Under the pieces are notes generated by a model, which was not told the origin of the DNA, made no database searches, and worked only from the letters and a program-made list of their open reading frames with translations. A stretch of DNA of 62,186 nucleotides, filler included, from Diploschistes diacapsis (taxonomy: Eukaryota), in NCBI GenBank assembly GCA_023645945.1. It is 7 parts of 7 records of this genome, joined end to end, with 100 filler letters (N's around TTAATTAATTAA, not from the genome) between each part and the next. Parts side by side here need not be neighbours in the genome. Positions count along the whole stretch, not along the records: positions 17,844 to 26,650 come from JALAIB010001108.1; positions 26,751 to 35,551 come from JALAIB010001109.1; positions 35,652 to 44,449 come from JALAIB010001110.1; 4 more parts are not named here. One strand, 5' to 3'. Of this stretch, positions 23,990-38,600 are shown one piece after another. Position 1 is the stretch's first letter. Each line of letters starts with the position of its first letter. The translations under genes were made by a program, and so were the position numbers.

Positions 23990-26263
23990 CCATGGCAGCT
24001 CCAGACACTTTGTCAGATGCCATCCACAGCTCTGCGGAGGCTAGTCACCCACGAACCCAGATCCAACGAACCTAGTCTTGAAGGAAGAGCCGCAAAAGGG
24101 CAAGCTGCGAAGCTGAAGATGAAGAAGAAGCCAACTTCTCCGGCGAGCTCGGGGGCGCTACTATCTTTTTCACGGATGGCGGAGGGATCTCCGGACTTGT
24201 CGTTGCGGCGACGTCTCAATGGTTAGGATCAAGGGATTGTCTAAAGAGGCTGCGGCCGATTTCCTTACTGGCCCTCTTCAAGGAAGTAGATCTTAGATTT
24301 GGACCCACCCGTGTCCACATCCCTCAGTTTGGCCAAGACTCAAGTGCCGACATCGAGATCATGGACAGGAAGTTCGCGGTACGTTTCTGTGAAGCAATTC
24401 GGATTTTCTATCCCCACCTCGAAGCCTCAATAATACCTATCATAGTCTCAGCGGGCTCGATAATTCATGATATCGATATTAGGACCACACTGCTCCTAGT
24501 ACAAACCATGCCGCCTAATTTGGCTAAACTTCGGAAAGGAGAGCATTGTGCGAAGGGTGGCTGGCAAGTTCAACAGTGGCGACTATGAACTTAACAACCA
24601 AGTGACAAATTGTGCTCCGCTCCATTTCAGTTCCCATTTGCCCCAGAGGCAGCGTCGCCGGAATCCTGCCCCGTGGAGTATAATGTTGAAGAAGTGTGTC
24701 TGCAGTTATCACAGAGGAAATCTTCGAAGATGCAATCAAACGGAACTACGATAAGCGAAGTTCCGTGAAATTTGGGACACCCACTCATGAAGAAAATTAA
24801 GAGACGATCTTGCAATGGATTTTCTCTCTTTTGACCAAATTTGGCCGACTTAAATGGTGGATGCCGCAGACGGATTCGCCTCGTAAACACAAGAAGGTAA
24901 TCGCACGCTATACTAAAGCCGAGAATGAAAGGGAGGCAGCTCAATCCCTCAATGATGGGCCACAGCTGTTCCTCAATATGGACAGGTTGAACGTCGTTCA
25001 CATGATTTAGGCAAGTTCCAAAGTGCTAACCAAGATATATAACGCATCGAAGAGGAAAACTTAAGCGGAAAGGAAAAGACATCAGTCTCAACGTTAACCA
25101 TAAGTCTACAGTCTTTACTCGGTTGTCAAGTTTGAAGATTGATGGTCGAATATCGAAAGATTTTGGTATCTCCAAGCTTACGCTAGGAAACTTATTGGCT
25201 GGCAAGTTTTGATGAATGGCACCGTATAGCTATAGGACATATGTTTGGAAATCCTCAGTCCGATATTTCGGATCATCGAGGAGCTAGAAGCCAATCCCAG
25301 GATACATATTATGATTGATCAGAGAGAGCGGCTGAAATACTTTGGCCCTGCTCGGATCCTTACTGATGTCCAAGGACAGTCATAATACCAGTCGAATGTG
25401 AGTCGTCCGGTATGCGGACCTTGCCGCTTGATCCTGATCAGCTTTATTGGACTAGAAATAGAGGTCTCAAGGACATAGTATATGCAGTAGGGCAAAGAAC
25501 TGCTACCTTCGACATGTTCTCCAGCCCAAGGCATATCGTTATCAATGGCTCATATCAACAATTTGCGGTAGTTCGGGTATACTGGATCTCAAGGCACCGG
25601 ACAGTCAATTATTCGGAATTGCGACTTCCGGAATATAATGTGCGATCTGCTGGACAGAGCCCGAGAAGCCAATGCGAACAAGCTGCAACCATATCTATTG
25701 CCTCGATTATTTCGAAAGCCTCTGTGCTGCTGCTGCATCAACTAATAAGGACTATGACACCGTATGTCAAGGCGATGTCGACAAGTGCATGGTGCGTTTC
25801 AGTCAAGCGGAGCTTGAGGGACATGCTTCACCAGATGTCCTTGGTAGTTCCTCAGGGATTCCTTTGCATCACACGTACGCCGTCATCCAGAAGCTCTTCG
25901 GTCCTATCCAACCCCAGACTGCGAAGATATTTACAGAGTGAATAAAAAACCTGATATATATGCATGTACAAGATGCCTCGTAGTAGTCTGCACAGCTTGT
26001 CACAGCCAGCACATGAGAATGACCTGCTCGGGGTACAGAAATGTTGCTTCGGGTATTGCTAAAGAATTTCGCTAGTCGACGAATGAGCTGAACATAAAAT
26101 GATTACCCACTTTGCAGGACGCCAATATAAAAAGGTTGCAGGTTGTAATCACATCTTCATGGGTTGCGGAGCACATATCTGCTGGGGCTGCCTGAAGGCC
26201 TTTCGAAAAAGCGAAGATTGCTACGATCATATACATGTTAAGCATGATGGATTTGTACTTTAA
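23990..26263 (+). pseudogene. Degenerate RBR (RING-IBR-RING) E3 ubiquitin ligase
   Basis: Fragments RTSCNHIYCLDYFESLC...VCQGDVDKC, VCTACHSQH..MTC, PLCRTPI*KVAGCNHIFMGCGAHICWGCLKAF..CYDHIHVKH, spread over several frames with stops; 5' boundary approximate. Confidence 0.75.
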
Positions 26264-26515
26264 TGCTGTAGGTGGCTCAGCCTGGATCTTGCATCTATTT
26301 GTTATCGTATCTGAGAGTGTCAAATCAATTCACAAAGGTTAAAATAAGTTGTGCCTAAAATATTTGCCTCCAATGGTCATTATTGAATATAGCTTCGCCC
26401 CTGAATCTCCTAAAAATACCCCGTAAGACAGAATTGTGCTTGCACAAATTATGCATCACTTGTGAAATCACCACCACCTCAACCTCAACCTACCACAACA
26501 AGCTACCAAATCACA

Positions 26516-26578
26516 ATGGCCGCAATGGCCGCAAACACCGGCCCCTCGATAGCCTGCATAGGCATCATCGGCAAGCAG
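26516..26578 (+). CDS. First exon of a sedlin-like TRAPP subunit (TRAPPC2L/Tca17-like); truncated by the contig end
   Basis: MAAMAANTGPSIACIGIIGKQ followed by a GTAAGC donor; resembles the IACIGxIG start of TRAPPC2L-family proteins. Confidence 0.5.
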
Positions 26579-26650
26579 GTAAGCATGCCCCCATTCCATT
26601 CCATCTACACCTCCCTCCCTCCCGCCACAATCCAGCACGCATATCCAATC

Positions 26651-26750
26651 NNNNNNNNNNNNNNNNNNNNNNNNNNNNNNNNNNNNNNNNNNNNTTAATT
26701 AATTAANNNNNNNNNNNNNNNNNNNNNNNNNNNNNNNNNNNNNNNNNNNN
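26651..26750. other. Artificial contig-joining linker
   Basis: Same 100-nt linker. Confidence 0.98.
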
Positions 26751-27007
26751 GTCTGGGGCCGCGTATTCGAGCTCGAGGTATGAGAGTACGGGGTTTGGGG
26801 GGACCAGCAGGCGGTGAGAGGGCTTGAGCCGCAATTCATCGGGTTGGGGTATATTATATTTGGCCGTGGTTCCGAAAGCATTTCTAGATTCGTGGCTGCC
26901 GCTTTCCAATAATGATTTCTGATTAGCAACCGATTCCCTTTGCCCATAAAAAGATGAGTAGAAATAACCCCAGCCCATCCCGGGTTTGATGACTGCCAGA
27001 TTTCGTA

Positions 27008-27035
27008 CAAGCCAAGCCAAGCCAAGCCAAGCCAA
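27008..27035. repeat. (CAAGC)5 tandem repeat
   Basis: Directly visible. Confidence 0.9.
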
Positions 27036-27240
27036 ACGCGCCTTGCCCAGGGGTATCTAACCAAACCTCTAATCCATCAAAGCGGCCTCCCATGAAGCCA
27101 ACCCCCGCGCCCAAACCGATACAGCGCATCCACAAACAACCTCCCTATCCCAAAAGTGGCCCCCAAAACCGACCCGAAGCACCCCCGCTAAGATAGCCCA
27201 AGCCCGTAGATCCTCATCCTCAATCCGTAACCCACCATTT

Positions 27241-27939
27241 TTATTCTTCCGCCCGTCCCCCGAACCAATTGCCGCATTGCTCGAGCGCAACAAAGTCGGA
27301 GCGCTCGAGGCCGAACGGGATGCTGGGGGGTCCCGGGAGGCGGCGGCGTTTGGGGGTTGAGAAGCGGCGGATGCGGTTGCTGTCCGTGCCGGCGCAGTGG
27401 TTGTTCGAGACTTGTGAAGGGGGGGATGTCGGCCGGCCGTGGCATTCGACGCTGCTGACCCAGTCCATGGCCGTGCCCATGCGATTCTCGAGATCGGAAG
27501 CCTCCTCGTACCTGTCGCGGCTGCGCTTGTTCTCGCTCTTCCCCCCCGGCGGCGGTGCTGGGAGGCGCGGTGGCGATGGCGGTTGAGGAGAGGGCGTGAC
27601 GTTCCGCCGCTTCCGGTGGTGCGCTTGATTCGGCGTTGCGTCTGTAAGTACTGGGCGCGTATAAGGAGGGTTGTTGTGTTGCTGATTCAGCGCAGCGGGC
27701 GGCGGTGCGACGCCCAAGAGGTTCTGGAGTGCTCTGCAGGTCGTTTGGAGGCCCAGAGATAGGCTTGGGGATGTGGTTGTAGAGTATGAGGCGCTGGCGT
27801 CTTCGTGGACGGGCTGTGGATGCTCGGAAGCGATGCGCCCGGGTGTGAGAGTCGTTGCGCTGCTGTAGGGCATGAGGCGCTTGAGCAGCGGGCGCGACGG
27901 CTGCCGGCTCTCGCAGGGAAGGGCGGAGGGGAGAAGCAT
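27241..27939 (-). CDS. Hypothetical Pro/Ser-rich protein
   Basis: Open frame from MLLPSALPCE to STPKRRRLPGPPSIPFGLERSDFVALE; has an NLS-like motif; no assignable function. Confidence 0.45.
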   Translation of the reverse strand: MLLPSALPCESRQPSRPLLKRLMPYSSATTLTPGRIASEHPQPVHEDASASYSTTTSPSLSLGLQTTCRALQNLLGVAPPPAALNQQHNNPPYTRPVLTDATPNQAHHRKRRNVTPSPQPPSPPRLPAPPPGGKSENKRSRDRYEEASDLENRMGTAMDWVSSVECHGRPTSPPSQVSNNHCAGTDSNRIRRFSTPKRRRLPGPPSIPFGLERSDFVALEQCGNWFGGRAEE

Positions 27940-29890
27940 TTTTGTTGTTCGGATGTGGAGATGTTGTCGAGAAGGAGATATAGTGATCAAAGATCGGGTT
28001 CTTGTAGTCGTGAGAGGTTTGCGCGTCGAAAGTGGACTTCCTGGGAGCCTGGTGCCGGTTTCCTTTGCGCAGGCAGCAGGAAATCGGATGCGCCGGAAGC
28101 TCTGGAATGCGGTGCTTGCTTTTGTCGGCTTCAAAACTGCATCATTTTCTTCTCCAATAATTTCTCGGCGAGATAAAATGGCTTTGCTGACTTTTTAATG
28201 GCGTTGTGATGGCTGCGCAGTAGAAGAAGGCAGTTTAAGGGATAGCAAAGCTGTGTTTGTTTGTGTAAGAATGGCCGCAGGGAAAAAGCGAGGGGGGATT
28301 TTGGAACCATCCAGTTAGTACCTTGCATTAGACCTTCCTTCCACCTCCACCTCAAGCACTGTCTGTCCACATGACTCACCGCGTTTCCTATGACGGGCGC
28401 TAGATTCCTCGAACTAAGCAAAAATAGGTTTAGAGTCCATCCTGGCGCTCTCCGTCTGCTTTCCATGTGATTTGCCCTTGGGTCTGACCCTAAACTCTTT
28501 TCTGCAGCGCGCGCCTCTGGAAACAGACAGTTGTAGTCTATAGACTCGATCTACTCGGGGTGTTTCCCCTCGATTCTCGATTCTGAAGATCGAACCACCA
28601 TTGCAGCTCCGTCGAAGACACCATTAATGTGAAGGTCGGACTGCTCCTCTTGGCTCATGAAGCTTCGTTTGGACTCGCTTGCTATTAGAAAGCACAGCCA
28701 GTCCGTATGCGAAGATTAACTGTGTCTGGGGTGTTGTCCCAACTCGCCCTGCCATCCTTCGCAGCTGCGGCTATCACAATGCCGTATGCAAGAACAAAAC
28801 CACTAGCCAGCTCGTCAGAGCAACTACATAGTTGCGTACAATCTATAATGCTGTTTCACAGTTCTTCCACGAGCATAGGTTTCATCACTCAGCACACCTC
28901 TTCATCCGATGCCTTTAGCGTAGCGAAACCACAGCAGCAACCAGAGCGCGAAACCCCAGATGCATGATACAATACATCGATCGATGCACAACCCGTTGCC
29001 CCCCGGAACCGCCATCGTTGACTAGAGATGTAATCATTGTCAAGCAACCACCTAAGCATTTTCTGTGTGCTTAGTACAATCATCGCATCGACGATGGCCT
29101 CCACCCCCGTTCCCCATCGTCGATGCTACATCCAGAGACGCGTCGAGGAAGCTGTAGCTGACGGCTGGCTGGCTGACGCGGCACGACGCGAGACGAGCGT
29201 GTTGATGAACGAATCCGTAAACGGAGCTTTAAGCGAGCACGTGGCAAGCAGCCCGGGAAACGGGGGCACTGACTGAATCACACTTCATGGCTTGTTTTTC
29301 AGCAATACTCGATCCTTGAGGTGGGCATCGTGGAGTGTTTTCCCCGTTGTGTGTGCCACGTGCTGCACGAAGCGTTGTTTGTTTCGGGCACACCTGTCCG
29401 GCGGCAAGTGAACGAGCATCTAAACGGAAAAGGGAATACACGGGCAGCCATGGAGTTGTCGTGCTTTCCAATTGGGCCACTCGAATTTGAACGGAATGTC
29501 CGAATATCTTACTTCCTGTCCTGAATCCCTGACATAGAAGTACAATGCATTGGTCTGCTACAGACTTGATGAGCTGTGTGGCTTCGAGCAACGTTTCAGC
29601 GAAGACTAATCAGAACATCATCATGGCATGTGACCTAAATTGAGCGAAACGTAAATGAAAGATAAATAGGCTCAGTGTTTGTATCCGAAGCTCTATATAG
29701 ACAATCTTGTAATAACGAGCGAAACTCGATTGATAACTCGCGCCTCTAGCTGAGTTCGGGCTTTCAACGGCTCTAAGCGGAATGCGGGAAGCCCAGCATA
29801 CTATGCAGCAGACGTCCCATGAACTTTTGTGGTGGTTGGAGCCCATCTCCATCGGTGAACCACACGTGAAGCTCCAGCCAGGCGCTGAAC

Positions 29891-32800
29891 CTAATAAGCA
29901 GTGCGAATCGAATCACTCATGTCTGCTGGCGGCGCTGCCTCCAGCTTTTTTTCGCTGTCCATCTCTCCCCTTTTCTCATCTGTGCAGCCACGCGTGGACG
30001 AATCTAAAGTGCTGTCCTGTATGCGTCGTCGCTTGGCAGTTGGTTGGTACGTAAACCGCCGCCTCATCTCTGGTGTTAATGTCGCGAGCATAGCTTCTTC
30101 CTCGCGATCGAGTTGCGTAATCTGGAGCACCAAGTCATTCGGAGTCGGTTCCCGCTTCTGGTTTGTTGAAGGTCCGTCTTGGCCCGACTGGGCTCTGTTG
30201 CCCCTAGCATTCGGGGAGGAAGCATTAACGGAATATCCTAGATTGCTTGACTGGGGTCGATTGGTGGCCTGCCAGTCCATAATATCCAGGGAATTGGTCA
30301 CATCGCCTGTGCTTCGATCCGCTAGTGGACTCTCTGGTATCATCGGTCCATCGTCCTCATCACCAATGCTGAAAGGATCGTCCCGGGGTCGCCTATTGGG
30401 TTTGTCGGTCATGGATTCCCTTTTTAGTGGAGATTTGGTGGGCAATCGCAGGGTTCCCTTTGTGGGGGTTTGGAATTGATTGTGCATGATCTTAGGCGCT
30501 GAATCCGCAAACACATTGGTACTGGGAGATCTTTTTTGACTTGATGGTGGGGTCCAAGTTTCGTCTGCATCACCTTCGTCCCCTTCGGCACGTTTGGATA
30601 CCGTTTTATGGTTCGACGCAGGAGTTCTCGGCAGGAAGTCGATTTCTCTCCCAAATTCTAGAGCCTGCCGTCTTTTTTCGGGCCTATCCGGTTCGTCAGT
30701 CCTTCCAAAGATATTTGGTCCCGCGGCTGTCTCGGTCTGGCCATTGAGTCTGTGCCAATCTGCACGCGTTAATGGCGCTGCACGAGGTGGCCCGAGTTTG
30801 TGAATCACATTCTTATGGGTGGGTTGATAGTGAGGCTCAATTGGTCTGCATTTACTTTCCTTCCTCTTTGGAGTTGAACTTCGTTGCTGAATGCATTAAT
30901 TAGTACTGTATATGTAAAGAAAGATTGGCAGTTACCTTTAACGGTCTGTATCCCGCAAGATTCTCAACCGCAGCGTCGGGGGGCAAGATACTCTTTCGCC
31001 ACCCGGATATTGCCTTGCGGTATACAGCAGCGAACTCTGCCCTAAAAACATCATTGCTGAACCACGGATGACCCAAAGCTTGTGGTGCCGTCATGCGAGC
31101 GTTCTCATCGGGCACGAGAAGCTTCATAACGAAATCCTTGGGGAAGCCACTGAGGCACTGCCATTCAGGGACCTGACTCAGTCCATCGAGCTTGCAATTT
31201 CGAGTTGCTTCATCGATTGCTTCTTGCGAGCTCTGCTGTGGATCCTCCTTGGTAGTCCATGAGAATGGCCGTGCTCCAGTAAGAATGACAGTAGTCACAC
31301 AGCCCAGCGACCACATATCGACAGCTTTGGTATAACCCTTCTCCAACACAGCTTTATTCTTTCCAAGAATTTCCCTACGCATGTTATCAGCAATACTACA
31401 AGAACCTTGCACATGTACCCACGGTGCTGCGTATTCGTCTGTTCCTGCTAAAGTGTACATCCTCGCGATCTTCCGATCAATATTCGGCCGAAGAAAGATG
31501 GCACTTCCAAAGTCCGACAATACGACTCTTGCGCCTTCAGCCAGCGAAGCGACAAGAACATTTTCAGGCTTTATGTCTCTATGAACAATTTCGTTTTCAT
31601 GGAGGTAGTTGATTGCGTTGAGAATTTGAAGGACAATAACGCCACCTTCCGCTTCGTCGAGATGCCCGCCCCTGCGCATGATATATGAAAAGAGGTCTCC
31701 GCCTGTTGCCAGCTCTTCGAAGATATATAGACTGTTCTTGGTTCGGAAGACCTTATCCAACCGAATGATATTGGGCTAGGAAGGCGTAAGCACAGTGAAT
31801 TGCTAGATGGGATTTCTTTCATGACTGCGTTTTGCACTCATATAATCATCCTAGATCTAAATTCCAGAATATGGAGCGCATAACACGATTTTTGCTCTGC
31901 GGATCGACTTACATGGCTGATCACCTTGAGTACCTCCACCTCTCTTACAACCTTACGCACGCATTCCTCGACCTTATATCCTATCTTCTGTAGTACATCT
32001 GACCTCGAGTGTTTGGGTGCCCCCCGTATGCCCTTGGCCTTCTGCGCAGCATATGCGTCCATTAGCCTCTGTTTCTCTTTGCGCCGGATGTCTCTCAAGT
32101 CGACGATCTTGCAAGCTGATTGTTTTCCCGTTTCGATCTTGAAGGCCATAAAAACTGAAGCGTGGGCGCCAGCGCCGAGCTTGCGGGAGGTGATTCGATA
32201 GATATCGTTGAAGGACTAGTCCAGTTTCAGTAAGCTCATAAGCATCGTTTGACGATGACGACTGTACCTCCATTTCGCGCTGCTGGATGAAATCAGAGTT
32301 TGAAAGGTTCTGAAGAGTGAGCAGGGTGCAGAAAGAGGCTTTAATTGAAGCCCTACCAAGAAATCTTGTCTGTAGCAACTTTTGAGATCATGATGCTGCG
32401 CGTCTGACTTTGAACTAAAGGTCAGTGTCAAACGAGGGCTGAGCCTGAGCTCATCGTTGTGACTGAGGAGGACACCGCCCTGTCCCTTGCCGAAGTAGTT
32501 GTCATTCCAGTAGATACCATTAGAAGAAAGGTTCTCTGCATAGACCATGGGTTTGATATCAGTCTTTTCGTCTGTGTCGTAGACAACTGAGTAAATCTTG
32601 AGATGAGTCCTCGAGATGACAGGATCGCTGGTTTGCAAGTTGCTTTTGAAAATTAGACCACATCCCAGACACAGTACGAGGCCAGCAAAACCATATTGAG
32701 GCATCGCGCCCAATGACAAGCTCCCGATCGGAGTGAAGTGTACATTGATCTTGCACTTGAGTCAGAAAGCGCCAGCTAGAGATGGCCTGTCGCAGATATT

Positions 32801-32899
32801 CTCACGATAATAAGCAACTCGTTGTTCGTTGCTACATTTTTTGAACAGATGACCAACGATAATACCAGAGGTCATGTCCCTGGAATCGGTAATAGACAT
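29891..32899 (-). CDS. MEK1: FHA-domain Ser/Thr kinase, meiotic Mek1-like (Rad53/Chk2 family)
   Basis: FHA: LVIGRD, ISRTHLKIYSVVYD, YAENLSSNGIYWN. Kinase: LGAGAHASVFMA, ACKIVD, EELATGGDLFSY, HRDIKPEN, DFG, GTDEYAAP/E, VDMWSLG. About seven GT-AG introns join into one open frame. Confidence 0.82.
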
Positions 32900-33043
32900 T
32901 TTGAGAGTATATGAATTATTAAAGGGAATGGAGATGAAATCTGAAGGAGCGACCTTGGGGATGCACGGTGGTTCTCCTCAACTTGCAGCTGCCTTTGATC
33001 CAGATCGGGATTAAGCGGAATTTTCACCTACGAGAGAGTAAAA

Positions 33044-33069
33044 CACAGGACACAGGACACAGGACACAG
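33044..33069. repeat. (CACAGGA)3.7 tandem repeat between the actin 3' end and the MEK1 start
   Basis: Directly visible. Confidence 0.85.
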
Positions 33070-33364
33070 AACAGCTGTTAGAGTTCACCAAAACATTCTA
33101 GACTTCTCAGTTGATACTTATTCGCTCAAACACAGCATGCTCCAGCAACATGAGAATTTTCCATGCTCTCTCGTCGTAGCTTGACACACGGAATCCCATC
33201 ACCGCAGGCAGACCAGCGTAACATTGCGTCCGTCATTATGGTTTACAGCGGGCCGATCCCGCTTGGCAACGACGCCAAACAGGGCATAAAGGACAGCCGT
33301 AGGAGAATACTGCCTCTCTGCTCTCATTAGTATTGTTGAGGTGTCCAACAATGGGGATGCATAC

Positions 33365-34882
<1,518 letters not shown>

Positions 34883-35551
34883 GGCGGCTGCTCAGGTCAA
34901 GAAAAGACAAATACGAGAGTTGAAGGCGAAATGCTACTGAGTGGAAATGCCTGCTTGATAGGAGAAGAGGTTCTCGGTGGATGGGAGAGGCTCTCAAAGA
35001 CGGGGAAAGGTGGACTCTTTGTGGATGATAGGAGCTGAGAAAGGAAGAGTTAAAAGTTTGGTGAGGTGACAGACTATGAGGCTTTCGTCAATGGTGTGAG
35101 AGTGCGAGCGGCGGGCAGCGGAGCAACTGGCAAGCGAGGCTAAGACCAACCACCCCCTGCTGTCTCTGTACTTAATTAAGCTGCACCAGCAGCTGGCCAC
35201 CTTGGAGCAAGTGCGATCCGCCACAGGAATTCTCAACAAATGAGGGAGCAATTGCTTCTATGTATGTCTCTACAAAACTGCATGTGCTTTCAGCGGTTTT
35301 ATGCCCCATCAGGCAGCAGAATTTCTCAATCTGCGTAACGTAACGCGCGGCCTTCAAGGCTGCTAGCCAGATTCTGCGAGATTGATTTGTATTTGTGTTT
35401 CCCAATGTTCATATTGCAGGTGCTCGCATTCTAGGCCGTTTGCAAAGGACTATGTATAACTACCACCAGCCTCACAGATGGAAACGGCCGTCCAATCCTG
35501 CCAAGACCGGCTTTATCTCGTTCCCCGTCAGTTATCGCGTGGGGGGGAGGG

Positions 35552-35651
35552 NNNNNNNNNNNNNNNNNNNNNNNNNNNNNNNNNNNNNNNNNNNNTTAAT
35601 TAATTAANNNNNNNNNNNNNNNNNNNNNNNNNNNNNNNNNNNNNNNNNNNN
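35552..35651. other. Artificial contig-joining linker
   Basis: Same 100-nt linker. Confidence 0.98.
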
Positions 35652-38600
35652 CCCAAATCCCGTATTACACCATTACCCTCAGAGTGCTGTAGAACAGAGG
35701 ATAAGTATTGAGTGAGAAGGTGGGTTCCGCTCTTGAACATGGGCGCGTTCGTGTACACGTCCGTCAAAAGTTCACGAGCAGTTGCGTCCTTGAAAATTAA
35801 GGAGATCGGATCAGCTGACCCCGATAAGCACTCGGCTAATTTCGATGATGCCGTGGTAGCTAAAAGTTTTGTCTCAGAAGCATGTTGTGGGAGTTGCTGT
35901 AACATGGATGAATGTAAGATGCCTGTCGAGGTACTAGGAACCGCGGTCGAGACGCGAAGGAACTTCCCACTGTCAGACTTCTCCACCAGTCCTGCATCGA
36001 TCAAAACGCGGTATAGCTGCGGGATCAGCTTTGTATGTCTGGGATGGAATGAGATGATTGGAACTTCATTTCCTGCTTTGATAGTCTCAAGGTCAACTCC
36101 TAGTTTGGCGAAAGCGTCAACGACGTACTTGACGACAAGCTTAGACTGAATCAGGAAGACGTTGGTGCAATACCCGGTAAAGTTCGTGCTGTCTGCATGC
36201 TTATCATATGAGGACTTTGCTTCGGCGAAGGCACGATAGCTAACAGTCGCCACATCGGTCGCAGCTTGAGTCTCAATTTCGCCTGAGGTGGTATCCAGGA
36301 CGTCATACGGCTCTTGCTGAAGCTTAGGTTCCGCAGATGGATACTCGGCCACCATTACGTCGCCGCCATTTGATTGAATCGGTCGAACAAGTTGACAGAG
36401 CGCGGCGACATCAGCACACTCCATGGTCTGTTCATGGCTGATATCAACCTCAAATCGAGTCTGAATCTCAGACAGAAGTTCAGTGACCAGCAATGAGTCA
36501 ATTCCGAGGTCTACCAAGGTCGAAGTAGGTTTGATATCCTCCACAGCCATCTGTATGAGCTCGCTGAGCATCTGACATACTCGTGAAATGATATCATCCT
36601 CTTCAACTGCATTGCGTTGCCGGTTTGCGGCAGGAGAAGAGATCTCATTGACCTGTTGGAACGAAACAGACCTGCTGATTTTCATGTCTTTTTCTTCCAG
36701 TTCACTTGGGGGCGAGGATATCGCCGTCGTCCGTCCGTTTGATTCGCTATCATAGGAAGCACCGTAGCCGCTATCGCTGACAGACCTCGACATGGCAGAC
36801 TTGCCAGTATTGTTGAGGCTAGTAAGACTTTTCGCTAAAGACTTAAAAGGAACGCTCCTAAAGTTTACACCCATGATCGCAAGTACCAGCTCTTGAGCAG
36901 AGGTTTCATAGACAAAAATGTCACCTATCACGTCCGATTGAGACTTTTGACCGCGCCCGGTGTAGACAGTCCACTTGCGAGAGCTGAGCTTGTTTTTCAT
37001 GAAAGACTCGGTGAATATGACCTGATCAACTGCAGTGCATACAAAGACCTCTTATTTGGAGCGAGGGCTCAAACAGTTAACGTGGATACCGGCAACCTGA
37101 AGGAAGTTATCAAGAGAAATTGGATCGCTGACGAATGAATTCAGGGCGAATGGTCGCTCTGCAGGGACTACGACCGAGCCGATGGCCTCCTTATTAAACG
37201 AGGAAATGCTTTTGACACCATGATAGTAGCTTGCATAGTCAACGACGTCAGAGAAAACTTGGTAAACCATTGAACCGCTGATTCCAGTCGCTGAGGGTGC
37301 ATCGAGAATCCGATCAGTATATGAATGTCTTGCAATCTTCTTCAGTAGTTGCAATTGTGTCTCAACCACAATATCGCCCGCAGACCGGAAACTCAGCAGG
37401 CCTTTGGCATGCTCGGTGACTTTTTCTTGAGAGATATCCCCCAGAGATGCCCTACTATAGATGGTAAAGTCCCAGCTGTTTTTTGCAGCAGCCTTATGCA
37501 AGCGTAGAAAAACGGTGAAAGCCACCCCTAAGCCAAGAGGAGCCGACATCACAAGTCTGTCAACATTCGGACAAACTGTATTCGCAGACTTGAAGTCATC
37601 TTGCAGCTGCAAAGCGCCACTCACAGCATGCCCTCGAGCAGCGAGATCGAACATCGCGCTGGTGGTATCCACAGAAAGAAGAGTATCTCCCGTTGAAAGG
37701 TCGCTTTCCAAGATACTCACCAGACCGCGCTCCTGGAAACCAGAGTTCTTCGAGGTCCTGGTGATCTCTGTAGATTTTGATCTTGGCTTATACTCAATCC
37801 AATGGCGGCTGCCTTCGAGTTGATAAGGTGGGAGATGCAAATGTTTATATTTGCTCTTGGATGAGGGGTGGAACAGCCAAAAGCTGGCCGCGGAACCTCC
37901 TTGCCAGAGTTGAGCTACCGCATTTGCCAGATTAGCGTCGGTGCTCTCACCGCCCAGATCTACTGGCAAGAAAGTATCTGGGCGGTTGCCACTGTGGAGC
38001 ACACGGCGGGCCATAGGAATGATCGAAGATGCCGATCCAGCCTCGAGCCATGTGGCGGAGGGTAGGCGAGAAGCAATTCGCTCGACGGCATCCGAAAAAT
38101 ATACTGGCTCTCGAGTGTGTTGTGTAAGCCTCTCTGCAGAGAACTCAGACCAGGTAGCACCGGGGGAACATGTCTCCACATGGATTCGAGACTGTATGAT
38201 CCGGATCGAGTCGGCTATAGACCTTAGATCAGCCATGATGTCGTCCGCAAGGTGGGAATGATAGGCATGGGAATTGTTCAACCGAGTTGACTTGAGGTCC
38301 TTGGCATATTCCTCCACTTTTATAATCGACGAAGCATTACCGGCCAGCACGATACTCTTGGGCCCGTTACAGCAGGCCACTTCCACATGTGCATCGCCGC
38401 TGGAGTTGATCTGGTTCAATAACGTCGCAAGTTGGTCACGATCGCATTCAACGGACAGCATGAGGCCGTGCTCAGGTCCCCAGTTATCACGGATTAGACG
38501 AGCGCGACCAGACACGAATCTAAAGGCATCCTCCAGAGAAAGGGAGTCTGCAATGCATAGCGCCGAGATTTGACCAAAGCTGTGGCCAAGAAGAGAATCG

